A stretch of DNA of 64,000 nt. Origin: a virus. The notes under the pieces are model-generated. The model had not been told where the DNA came from and ran no database searches. It worked only from the letters and a program-made list of their open reading frames with translations. The stretch covers positions 17,068-81,067 of IMG/VR virus record IMGVR_UViG_3300044910_000908; one strand, written 5' to 3'. The first letter of the stretch is position 1. Each line of letters starts with the position of its first letter. Of the stretch, positions 19,488 through 28,435 are shown one piece after another. The position numbers and the translations under genes are program-made.

Positions 19488-20045
19488 CTACTTATCAAAT
19501 TTGAAATCAATAAATCCTATTAAATGCATACCACTACTAGAAGTGAAATCTAATTTACGGGTTTTAGAAGTAATACAATCACCATTTCTGTCTTGTTCTG
19601 CAGTTGTTGGAGCAGGAGAAGTGTTGCCTTCAATAGTTAAAAATCCGGTTTTTTTAATTTCCTTAACGATACCACAATGTCCTGTTCCACCAGTTCCTTT
19701 TTGATATAGGAAAATTGAACCAACTGTTGGTTCTTTACTAACATATTTTCTGCAATTTTTATAACTAACCATAACAGAAGGTGTTAATAATTTTTTAATA
19801 ATTGTATATGCTTCTTTATTTTCTTTATATGCTTCCATATAAACAGCTTTAGTAAAAGCTGCACAATAAGGCCATCCAGGAATCCAGCCTGTATTACCCA
19901 TAATGTCTAATAATTCATCAGATAATTCATTAGGATTTTTTAATGATTTTGATGACCATTTAGCATTAGGAATTGTTTCATATAATCCAACATATTTAGA
20001 ACCAATATTTAAAACATTTTTAATTGACATATATAATATCTCCAA
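19488..20045 (-). CDS. CHAP-domain peptidoglycan hydrolase (candidate endolysin)
   Basis: PYCAAF, GHCGIV, TIEGNT. Confidence 0.8.
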   Translation of the reverse strand: MEILYMSIKNVLNIGSKYVGLYETIPNAKWSSKSLKNPNELSDELLDIMGNTGWIPGWPYCAAFTKAVYMEAYKENKEAYTIIKKLLTPSVMVSYKNCRKYVSKEPTVGSIFLYQKGTGGTGHCGIVKEIKKTGFLTIEGNTSPAPTTAEQDRNGDCITSKTRKLDFTSSSGMHLIGFIDFKFDK

Positions 20046-20072
20046 TAATAACAGAAATATATATTTATGATG

Positions 20073-20582
20073 TTAAAAAAAATCACCTATAAATTTACCT
20101 GAGATATGTTTAAATAAATCATTAGGACCAATAACACAACATAATGGAATTTCTAATCCTGATTGAGTAAAATCTTTAGAAACTGGATGGCATAATGCAT
20201 TTGTTTTCTGTAGAATTGGATAATAAGAATAATAATCTTCTACAACATCTAGAACTTTTATTGTTGCTAATCTTGTTGTATTATCAACTGGATTCATTAA
20301 AAAAGCTGAATTTTCTACAATAGCACATTCATGAATTGGCAACCAATCTAATTGACTAGTATCATAGTCACTTACCATAATATGCCAAGTATATGGAATA
20401 AAAAATTCTAATCCATTAATTTCAATTTTAATTGCTGTTCCGTGATTTTCCTCTATAAATGTGATAGGAGATAAAGTAAAATCAAACATTGCAGCAGAAA
20501 ATGTCCAAAACCATTTTGGTAAGATTGGGGAATTATAACCATCAATAATATATGGTTTATGAAAATCTGGTAATATTAACAT
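20073..20582 (-). CDS. Hypothetical beta-rich protein downstream of uvsW
   Basis: 169 aa ORF with its own early promoter at 20611-20639. Confidence 0.6.
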   Translation of the reverse strand: MLILPDFHKPYIIDGYNSPILPKWFWTFSAAMFDFTLSPITFIEENHGTAIKIEINGLEFFIPYTWHIMVSDYDTSQLDWLPIHECAIVENSAFLMNPVDNTTRLATIKVLDVVEDYYSYYPILQKTNALCHPVSKDFTQSGLEIPLCCVIGPNDLFKHISGKFIGDFF

Positions 20583-20610
20583 ATTTTTAACATCCTCTGA
20601 ATAAAATTTT

Positions 20611-20639
20611 ATTATAATATAGTATTGTTAAAAAGTAAA
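20611..20639 (-). promoter_or_regulatory. Representative of the repeated early promoter TTTACT-N16/17-TATAAT
   Basis: Same motif in intergenic gaps at 36220-36248, 39151-39179, 41138-41165, 43472-43499, 52839-52866, 55227-55255, 63464-63492 and others; resembles T4 early promoters. Confidence 0.8.
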
Positions 20640-22034
20640 TTAAACTTTTAAACTATATTCACCAACAATTGGATATTCTGCTTCTTTATAATATTTCAAT
20701 CTATCTTTAAAATGTTTTTTACTCCATTTTAAGGATGAATATACATCGGCAACATGAGCAATATCTTTATCATCAGATTGTCGTAAACTCCTACCTATTG
20801 ATTGAATTGCGCGAACAAATGATTTTCCAGCATCAATCATCATTAAGTTCATTACTCTGTCAATAGAAATACCAGTTGAAGCAATACCAAAGGTTGCAAT
20901 AATAATTAATGAATGTTCTGTTTCAAACATATCATAATGTTCTTTCCTATCATCAGTAGAAGTTCCTCCATGTAAAAATACAGCGCCTTCTATCATATTA
21001 GCTAATTTTTCTCCAAATTGAATAGAATTTACTAACACCAAAGTATTCCCATATTTTTCACATTGATTAATAATTAAATCAGCTAATACATCTAATCTAT
21101 CATTATTTTTTGCAAGATATGATTTCTCTGCTGAATAATCAGGAAAATTTTCTTTGGCTTTTTCTTTTATTTCAAATGATTCTATTTCTACAGGAGTAAG
21201 ATAACCATTATCCATAAGCCATCTTGCAGACATTTGAGTAATAATATTTCCTATTGCTACCTTTAAAGATAAAACATCAGAGGGAGATTTAGGCATAGTT
21301 CCAGTAACACCATATTTAAATGGGATATTCTTTGCATGAGTTGTTAATAATTCTTTAGCCACATTAGCTTTTGCACCATGCGCCTCATCCCAAATGATTG
21401 CTTTAATATCTGTTATTTCTAAGACTTTCGGATTGTTTTGTAAACTTTGCCATGTAGATACAATATTTGCATGGTAAATATCTTTTTCACTTCCACAATA
21501 TTTCCCAACATCTAAACCACATTTTACATACCATTCAAATGTTTGATTAACTAAATCATTTGAAGGAACTATAGTAATAACATTATGATTTAAATTATTA
21601 AATGCCTTAGATATTGCAGCAGTAACAAGCGTTTTTCCAAAACCGGTAGATAATATTGCAAATCCATTTTGCGCTTCTAATATTTGATTGGTAGCTAATA
21701 CTTGATGTTCGCGTAATATAACACCATGTTCTGCAAATATATCTTTATTAATATTTTCAGGATATTCATAATATTTTCTTTTATCATCTAATTCAATAGT
21801 ATATCCTTCTTTTTCTAATATAGGAATAATATCAAATAATAAGTTATAATAAGTTTTATTATTTAAATCATAAAATCTTATTTTGCCATCCCATCGACCT
21901 AACTTAAATTTGGGGTGAAATTTATAACCGTCAACATAAGCCGAAAATTTGTTATTAAGTAATTGAGTAGTTTCTGTTGCTAAACCTTTTAAAGTACAGA
22001 ATACCTCATCATGTATTGTTATTTTACATATCAT
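20640..22034 (-). CDS. uvsW: SF2 DNA helicase, UvsW-like
   Basis: GRWDGKI, STGFGKT Walker A, DEAH, GVTGT, QSIGR. Confidence 0.9.
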   Translation of the reverse strand: MICKITIHDEVFCTLKGLATETTQLLNNKFSAYVDGYKFHPKFKLGRWDGKIRFYDLNNKTYYNLLFDIIPILEKEGYTIELDDKRKYYEYPENINKDIFAEHGVILREHQVLATNQILEAQNGFAILSTGFGKTLVTAAISKAFNNLNHNVITIVPSNDLVNQTFEWYVKCGLDVGKYCGSEKDIYHANIVSTWQSLQNNPKVLEITDIKAIIWDEAHGAKANVAKELLTTHAKNIPFKYGVTGTMPKSPSDVLSLKVAIGNIITQMSARWLMDNGYLTPVEIESFEIKEKAKENFPDYSAEKSYLAKNNDRLDVLADLIINQCEKYGNTLVLVNSIQFGEKLANMIEGAVFLHGGTSTDDRKEHYDMFETEHSLIIIATFGIASTGISIDRVMNLMMIDAGKSFVRAIQSIGRSLRQSDDKDIAHVADVYSSLKWSKKHFKDRLKYYKEAEYPIVGEYSLKV

Positions 22035-22489
22035 TATAGAACATCCTCTTCTAAAGAGGCAATTCTTATTTTAGTAATATTATTCATTTGCCAGTGAGCA
22101 ACATCTAATGCATCTAAAATTGCTTGAATTTTATATTTAATATGCTCAACTTCTAATAAACATTCACTAATTGTAATCCATTCTGGTTCTTGTTGAATAT
22201 ACATTTGCAAATCTTTTTTATCTAATTGTCGTTTAGAATTTTCTGTATATTTTTTCCAAAAAAAGCTTTCAGTATTTTCTTTAATTAACTTTAAACTATC
22301 GGTATAGGTTTTTAATTCATACGAAGCTTGTTTGAATTTACGAACTAATAATGGAAGTGTTTTACAAATATATTCAAGTTTTTTACCTTCCATATTAAAA
22401 AAATCTTGATGTTCTTCTATTAATAATTCATATTTTTCAATATATTTTTCAATATTGTCTAAGTTTTTTGTAATAGCTATAAATGACAT
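22034..22489 (-). CDS. uvsY: Recombination mediator, UvsY-like
   Basis: 151 aa helical protein between uvsX and uvsW, C-terminal WQMNNITKIRIA. Confidence 0.75.
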   Translation of the reverse strand: MSFIAITKNLDNIEKYIEKYELLIEEHQDFFNMEGKKLEYICKTLPLLVRKFKQASYELKTYTDSLKLIKENTESFFWKKYTENSKRQLDKKDLQMYIQQEPEWITISECLLEVEHIKYKIQAILDALDVAHWQMNNITKIRIASLEEDVL

Positions 22490-22702
22490 ATATCCTCGTT
22501 AAGAACCATAAAAACACTAATAAAATTCCAAATAAAAATTCATCACCGGTACTTGATAACAATTTAGGTAATATAATTATTGTTAAATAAAACAATATTG
22601 AAATTTTGCACAATTTAATAATCATATTATATCACATTATCTCTTAAAAGTAAATAGGCTAGAAAATTATTTATGATTCTCTAGCCTATTTCTTATTTCT
22701 GT

Positions 22703-22885
22703 TTACTCAACAACAACTTCATCAGAAGATGATGAACTACCTTCTAAAGTTTCTAAAGTTTCTTTTACTAATCTAATTGCTTTAGATTTTGAAGTCACTA
22801 CTTCTTCAACAATAGAACCAGTTTCATCAACAGCTGATACTACATAACCACCTTTTAATACATCAATACTAATTGAACCTTTCAT
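22703..22885 (-). CDS. Hypothetical protein
   Basis: 60 aa ORF with GAGG RBS, followed by a hairpin at 22652-22690. Confidence 0.55.
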   Translation of the reverse strand: MKGSISIDVLKGGYVVSAVDETGSIVEEVVTSKSKAIRLVKETLETLEGSSSSSDEVVVE

Positions 22886-22919
22886 TTGTTATTACCTCTC
22901 TTTTTATATTGTTAAAAAT

Positions 22920-23981
22920 TTATTCTTGTTCTTCATTTAATAATTCAGATAATTCTTCTTCTACTTGATTTACAACTTCTGTGTCCTGTTGTAATAACTT
23001 AGGATGACTGAATAATTTCTGAACCAATTCTTCATTCAATTGCTTACGTTGGAATTTAATATCTCCAGTTGGCAATGAACATGAATACCATGCTCCGCCT
23101 TTAGTCACAATACCATCTACTTCTAATGACTCAAGTAATCCTGAATAAGGAGACATACCAGTGGAATAAGGAACTTCAATTTCAACTTTAGAACCTAATT
23201 TAGCAAAACGAGTTTTAAAAGCTTCTACTCGCATACGAATACCAATAACTGCGCTATCTTCTCGTAATTTTAATCTTGTAATTAAACCAATAATTGAAGG
23301 GAAAAAACGTGTTGAATTAGTAATTGCCCATTCACCATCCCCTTTTAACGGGTCAGCTGGATAAACATGGTCGGTTAAAATAAAAGTAATCGGTAATCTA
23401 GCTATTCGAGATAAAATCATACGTAACATTGCTTTAGATCTTTTTGCTCTCTGACCCATGTCGCCTTTTACAACGCCTTCTTTATCATAATTAGTTTCTT
23501 CTGTTTCAGTAGAAAGCATTGCTAAACTATCTAAAAGCATTACAATTTTTGGAGCATCATAATTAAATCTTCCATATTCTTTTTCATAAGTTGAAAAGAA
23601 TTCAGAACATATAGAGTTGACATCTTCAATTGTTCCTACTTGTAAATATGTTAAATGTTCTTCATCTGTTTTTACTCCAAGTTTCCCAAGAAATTCCAAA
23701 TCAATAGCATTTTCACTATCCATTACCACAATATGTGCTCCAGCATCTTGAGCACTTTTAAGAATATTAGAAGAAAGAAATGATTTACCAGATCCACTTG
23801 GCCCAACAAAAGCAGTAATACGTCCTTCTGGAATACCTCGGAAAAAAGAACCTGATAAATTACGATTCAAAGCATAGTTACCAGTAGAATACCAGAAATT
23901 AGGCGCGCTAATTCCAACATTTACACCTTCAATTTTTTCTAAACCTTTTTTGAAATTTTTAAGAAATCCTAAACTTGCCAT
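22920..23981 (-). CDS. uvsX: RecA-like recombinase UvsX
   Basis: STGNYALN, GPSGSGKS, DSENA, LLDSLAML, GDMGQRAK, KTRF. Confidence 0.93.
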   Translation of the reverse strand: MASLGFLKNFKKGLEKIEGVNVGISAPNFWYSTGNYALNRNLSGSFFRGIPEGRITAFVGPSGSGKSFLSSNILKSAQDAGAHIVVMDSENAIDLEFLGKLGVKTDEEHLTYLQVGTIEDVNSICSEFFSTYEKEYGRFNYDAPKIVMLLDSLAMLSTETEETNYDKEGVVKGDMGQRAKRSKAMLRMILSRIARLPITFILTDHVYPADPLKGDGEWAITNSTRFFPSIIGLITRLKLREDSAVIGIRMRVEAFKTRFAKLGSKVEIEVPYSTGMSPYSGLLESLEVDGIVTKGGAWYSCSLPTGDIKFQRKQLNEELVQKLFSHPKLLQQDTEVVNQVEEELSELLNEEQE

Positions 23982-24010
23982 ATATAGCCTCCATTTTTTG
24001 AATAAAAGAT

Positions 24011-24038
24011 ATCAGGATAGAATTAATTCTATCCTGAT
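24011..24038. terminator. Perfect 28-bp palindrome, probable terminator after gp32
   Basis: ATCAGGATAGAATT/AATTCTATCCTGAT. Confidence 0.6.
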
Positions 24039-24049
24039 TTTGGGGAGAT

Positions 24050-24976
24050 TTATTCGTCTTCTGATTGAGAAGCTGTTTGAGCAGCTTTTTGTTTTGCTCT
24101 TTCTCGTAATTGTGCTAAGACGTTAGAGTTAGAAGCTGACGCTGCTGCAGGTTCTTCACTTTTTGAAGTTGTTTCTTCAGTAGTAGTTGTTGTTGAAGTA
24201 GCAGTTTTTTGCTGTTCTTGTTCAACTTGTTTAGGAGTCGCAGCTGCAACATTACCACCAGTTTTAGCAGCCAATAGAAGAGTTTCAACTTCTGACATTG
24301 ACATAGGACGTTGTCTATGAGTTTTCAAATCTAGCAATTCAATACCAGCAATTACATCTTCAGATAGAGCTGATTGTTTAGGTGCAAAGCTTGATGTTGT
24401 ATAGCTATTGTTTTCACCAGATTTTGTTTTCTTAAATCTGAAATGATAACCTTCGAAAAAGTCATAAGGTTCTTTTTCCAAATCACCAGATTGGAATGCT
24501 GCTTGAATGATTTTGTAAATTTGTGGACCAAAATCTACTAATTTTACCAATTGTTCTTGGTCATGTTCTACAGGTGATTCGATTACAATACCTTGACCAA
24601 TATATGATACTTTTTTGTAGAATTTTTTACCTTCTGCTTCCCATTTAGCTTTTCCTACTAAATCTCCAGCGGCTTCACATTCTTTTGCTTTAGCATAAAG
24701 TTCTGCAGAATGCGTACAACATGGGCAAGAGCTTTCGCCATACATTTTAAGACATGGAATACGTTTCTTTTCGCCATTAACCCATAGTTCATGGATAACG
24801 TTTTCAACTAAGAAACCCATTGGGTTGTTTTCATCAGCGTCAGGAAGGAAACGGAAGATTGAGGTAGAGTCCTCAGGTGCAGACCAGAAACGAAAATAAC
24901 GAGAAGATGAATTGTTTTCATTGCCAGTTGTTTTTTGAGCAAATGCTGCTTTTAATGCTTCTAATTTTGTTGTCAT
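24050..24976 (-). CDS. Single-stranded DNA-binding protein, gp32-like
   Basis: IFRFLPD, His/Cys zinc ligands (PCLKMYGESSCPCC), YTTSSF, low-complexity acidic tail; next to uvsX. Confidence 0.88.
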   Translation of the reverse strand: MTTKLEALKAAFAQKTTGNENNSSSRYFRFWSAPEDSTSIFRFLPDADENNPMGFLVENVIHELWVNGEKKRIPCLKMYGESSCPCCTHSAELYAKAKECEAAGDLVGKAKWEAEGKKFYKKVSYIGQGIVIESPVEHDQEQLVKLVDFGPQIYKIIQAAFQSGDLEKEPYDFFEGYHFRFKKTKSGENNSYTTSSFAPKQSALSEDVIAGIELLDLKTHRQRPMSMSEVETLLLAAKTGGNVAAATPKQVEQEQQKTATSTTTTTEETTSKSEEPAAASASNSNVLAQLRERAKQKAAQTASQSEDE

Positions 24977-25035
24977 AAATTTTATATCCTATAAAGTTGT
25001 TTAAAATCGTAAAGTTGTTTTCTTAAAATACAAGT

Positions 25036-25066
25036 TATTTATAAAAAACTTGTATATCTATTTATA
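25036..25066 (-). promoter_or_regulatory. Two tandem T4-type late promoter motifs (TATAAATA)
   Basis: Exact TATAAATA on the minus strand at 25036-25043 and 25059-25066, upstream of gp32. Confidence 0.55.
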
Positions 25067-25159
25067 TGAAATTTACATGGCCGTCACTCGCCTCCATTAA
25101 AATTAAATTTATATCATCAATTGAATTTACATTATATCACAAATTGATGTAAATGTAAA

Positions 25160-25600
25160 TTAAAATTTTGCAAAATGTCTATATTTTTTTGTGATGAGTT
25201 CTTCTTGACATTCTAGAACATCACGTTCTAATGATAAATGATTATCAACAATTGTGAATGGCTCTACAATTCCGGTGCATCTAGAATATTTTATTTTTTC
25301 ACTTACTATTATTTTATTTAATTTTTTAACTAATAATAAACCTAATATATTACTTCTAATTGCAGTATTAATGGTAATACAATCATCAATAACTTTAAAG
25401 TATTCTTTTCCAATACCTTGTAATGTTGTAATATTTGCATGTATAAAATTAACATATCCATGACTTTCTTGAATATTAGATAATTTGTTTATATGCCCAA
25501 TATAAATGTCATCTAAAAAGGAAATACCCTCAAGTATTTCAGGTAAAGTTTTAAAATCAACTTTTCTACCATGAATAAAATGATGACGCGGACTTATCAT
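25160..25600 (-). CDS. Hypothetical protein, paralog of the upstream gene
   Basis: Shares IRSNILGLL and DVLECQEELI with 25600-26028. Confidence 0.65.
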   Translation of the reverse strand: MISPRHHFIHGRKVDFKTLPEILEGISFLDDIYIGHINKLSNIQESHGYVNFIHANITTLQGIGKEYFKVIDDCITINTAIRSNILGLLLVKKLNKIIVSEKIKYSRCTGIVEPFTIVDNHLSLERDVLECQEELITKKYRHFAKF

Positions 25601-26028
25601 TATCTTGCTTGATGTTTATAACCATTAATAATTAATTCTTCCTGACATTCTAATATATCAAAAGTTGTTTGATATTTTTTAAGAATATTCATGGGTTTTT
25701 CATCAATAGGATTAGGTTTCCAAAATGAACGAGATATAAAATAAAAGCCATGTAAATATCTAACTTTTAGAATACTTAACATATGAGATTTAATATTATA
25801 TGGCAATTCTAAAGTTCCATGAATAGTTTTAAAATATCTAGAACCCATACCTTCAAGTGTTTGTAAATTTTGCAATCTAGATAAATCAACATTACCACGA
25901 ACTATTTTTGTTTTAAGACCTTTAAGATGAGTAATGATTTGATTTCTTTCACCGAAATCAAATACTAATCCTTCATGAATTTCCTCAGGAAGATTTTTTA
26001 ATTCAGATAATTTAGTTACGTAAATCAT
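25600..26028 (-). CDS. Hypothetical LRR-like protein, paralog of the downstream gene
   Basis: LQTLEGMG repeat-like units, IKSHMLSIL, DILECQEELI. Confidence 0.65.
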   Translation of the reverse strand: MIYVTKLSELKNLPEEIHEGLVFDFGERNQIITHLKGLKTKIVRGNVDLSRLQNLQTLEGMGSRYFKTIHGTLELPYNIKSHMLSILKVRYLHGFYFISRSFWKPNPIDEKPMNILKKYQTTFDILECQEELIINGYKHQAR

Positions 26029-26199
26029 ACTTTTATAATATAACCTAATTCAAATAATAAGAAAAATGCAGAAAGCAATGACATAACAATCATTAATATT
26101 TTTATACTGGTATCAAGACTACAATCACTTCTCCAAAATACAGCAAATACTACATAAATTATTAAGTTTAAAATTAAATATAAAAATAACATTTTTTAA

Positions 26200-27297
26200 T
26201 TAACCTCTTGTATTATTAATAATTCTAATACTATCTACTTCTGAATATCTAATACTTTGGGTAGAATAGTATTGATTAGTTACTACTTCTAGAGACATAG
26301 TTTTATCTTCACGTTGATGGATACGTTGTTCAAGCAAATATAATGGAGACATAAATTCAAATCCAATAATGTAATAATTATGTTGTCTCAAAATAGTAAC
26401 CCATTGTCTTCTAGATTTTGGGCTTAGATTTGTATTGTCAATAATAATATTTTTATTTTGTTTAATAAATTCATTGAATTTTTTTCTAGTATATTCATTG
26501 AATTTTTCTGCATGTTCATTACAATAATTCCAAGCTTGTTTATATAGTTCTTTTATATTTGTTGTATGTTCTGGAAATATGTTAGAATAATATTCAATTC
26601 TATAATTATCAAAACTAAAGATAACAGTATTAGCATCTTGCATTAATTTTTCAGAAACTGTGCTTTTTCCAGAACCAGAAGGACCAACCAAAATATAAGC
26701 AGTTAGACCTGAATTATGTTTTTGATCTTGTTCTTGGAGATATAGAGTTTCATTAACCCAATTAGTAACAAATGGAATTTTACTATCTTCAGTAATTCTC
26801 CCACCAGCATCTGATAATAGAACATCAGCAAACATTTGAAGATTTCCAGTCAATGCTCTTGTACTATCAATTCTAAAATCATTATAACATTTTCTACCAT
26901 AAGGCAAATGATTTTCAATCATCCATCTTACTTGACGAATTTGCAAATCAGTTAAACCAAAATTGTTATTAGATAATACATAATCTTCAAATATTCTAGC
27001 AGATACTAGTTCATGTCCAGCATATGATTTATGCTGACCACGTTTTTCTGTAAATTTTTCTACTTCACATTTTGGTTTACCAACATCATGAAATAGAAGA
27101 GCCAATTGAGAAAGTAGTCTTTCATTTTCACTTCTATTTAGAAAGAAGTGTTCTTTATAAAAACGAAGTGTCATTTGTGTATGGACGGCAGTATTTTCTT
27201 CTCTATGATAAGGAGAATTTTCCTGAGTCATGAGCATGTGATGCCAGTATGATGTTTTAGTAAAGTTATGATAGATGTCTTCAAATTGTGTAGTCAT
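26200..27297 (-). CDS. HD-domain phosphoesterase fused to polynucleotide kinase (HD-Pnk RNA end-healing enzyme)
   Basis: YHRE..VHT, FHDVGKP, GHE in the N-half; GPSGSGKS and IIIDNTN in the C-half. Confidence 0.85.
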   Translation of the reverse strand: MTTQFEDIYHNFTKTSYWHHMLMTQENSPYHREENTAVHTQMTLRFYKEHFFLNRSENERLLSQLALLFHDVGKPKCEVEKFTEKRGQHKSYAGHELVSARIFEDYVLSNNNFGLTDLQIRQVRWMIENHLPYGRKCYNDFRIDSTRALTGNLQMFADVLLSDAGGRITEDSKIPFVTNWVNETLYLQEQDQKHNSGLTAYILVGPSGSGKSTVSEKLMQDANTVIFSFDNYRIEYYSNIFPEHTTNIKELYKQAWNYCNEHAEKFNEYTRKKFNEFIKQNKNIIIDNTNLSPKSRRQWVTILRQHNYYIIGFEFMSPLYLLEQRIHQREDKTMSLEVVTNQYYSTQSIRYSEVDSIRIINNTRG

Positions 27298-27340
27298 TTT
27301 ATGTCCTCTGGTGAAATCATAAATACATCATATCACAACT

Positions 27341-27799
27341 ATGGAGAAAAGTAAAATGAAAAATTATTCAATTGATGCATCAGTTCCTAATAGATTATGT
27401 CTTCCTATTCTTGAACAATTTCCTGATGTTCCTATTATGGGTGAAATTGTTTTTTTTAATCAATACCCTAGAGAAGGCATTTATATTTTTGTTGGTGATG
27501 GTTGGAAGCCGTTATTTTCAACAGAAAATAACATTTGGGCAGCTCCAATTGTTGCAGAACCTGAACAAGTCATTTTTGAATTGAATGTTGAGTATAATAC
27601 TGATGGCAAATCGATTGTTGTATATAAGGATAGGGTAAGATTACTCCCTACAGAATTTGCTGAAGTTGCTAATAATCTCATTGCATGGAAAGGAGATGAC
27701 CTTATTGGTGGAGAAGTTTTTGAATTCCAAATCTTTAATAAAAAAATACATTCGGTATTTGACATTAAAGCCTTTAATAGACGCAAGGGTATATGCTAG
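27341..27799 (+). CDS. Hypothetical protein, only credible plus-strand gene
   Basis: 152 aa non-overlapping ORF, GGAG RBS before the second Met, CATAAATA upstream. Confidence 0.7.
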   Translation: MEKSKMKNYSIDASVPNRLCLPILEQFPDVPIMGEIVFFNQYPREGIYIFVGDGWKPLFSTENNIWAAPIVAEPEQVIFELNVEYNTDGKSIVVYKDRVRLLPTEFAEVANNLIAWKGDDLIGGEVFEFQIFNKKIHSVFDIKAFNRRKGIC

Positions 27800-27890
27800 A
27801 GTCACTGGTTTTGTGTAACCTATTATAACATATTGGTGACTTTTATAAAGGTCGCCATGATAATCTCTGTTCTTATTCATTCTTCTAATT

Positions 27891-27928
27891 AAAATGGCTT
27901 ATTCTTTTATTTAAAGATAAGCCATTTT
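27891..27928. terminator. Terminator-like hairpin
   Basis: AAAATGGCTTAT/ATAAGCCATTTT inverted repeat followed by Ts. Confidence 0.6.
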
Positions 27929-27953
27929 TGTTTTTAAAGTCTTCTCTTACGAA

Positions 27954-28134
27954 AAAGTACACAACTATATTACGGCCTTGTTTTTTGATAAAATTTTTCT
28001 GATTTGCCGGAGCTCATGTTATTGATTTAATTCCTGTTATCCAAGAAAGTACACAACTAATGCTATCCCCTGTATTTTTATTTAAAATGATATTTTTCGT
28101 AAAATTTTTTGGCGAGATTTTTTCGTAAAATTTT
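27954..28134. repeat. Paired direct repeats in a long non-coding gap
   Basis: AAAGTACACAACTA at 27954 and 28046; TTTTTCGTAAAATTTT at 28093 and 28119. Confidence 0.85.
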
Positions 28135-28435
28135 ATAAGCAGAGGAAAAATTCTTTTTTATAAATTACTTGAAAAAGACATGTTATGCGAAATTCGTTAT
28201 CTTTATGTCATGTGATAAATTATATCAATTTTAAAAACCTGGTATTCATGGCGTTATTTCTAGAAGAATAGGTATAATAACTATAAGGTCGATTTCTGCA
28301 TGTATAGCCATGATTATCTGACAGGAGTTTTTATTTTTATGTATAGAATAGTGTCTTTTTTAATATTTTTTAGATAAAAATAAAGGAGAGATTTTTTAGG
28401 TCTCTCCTTATTTACATGTTATAAAAGATTAAATG

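Noticed and set aside
27954-28134. Direct repeats as a mini CRISPR array
   Set aside because: Repeats are only 14-16 bp, of two different types with two copies each and irregular spacing; no cas genes
28278-28290. TAACTATAAGGTC resembles the 23S rRNA / I-CeuI site TAACTATAACGGTC
   Set aside because: Short imperfect match in AT-rich DNA with no flanking rRNA similarity
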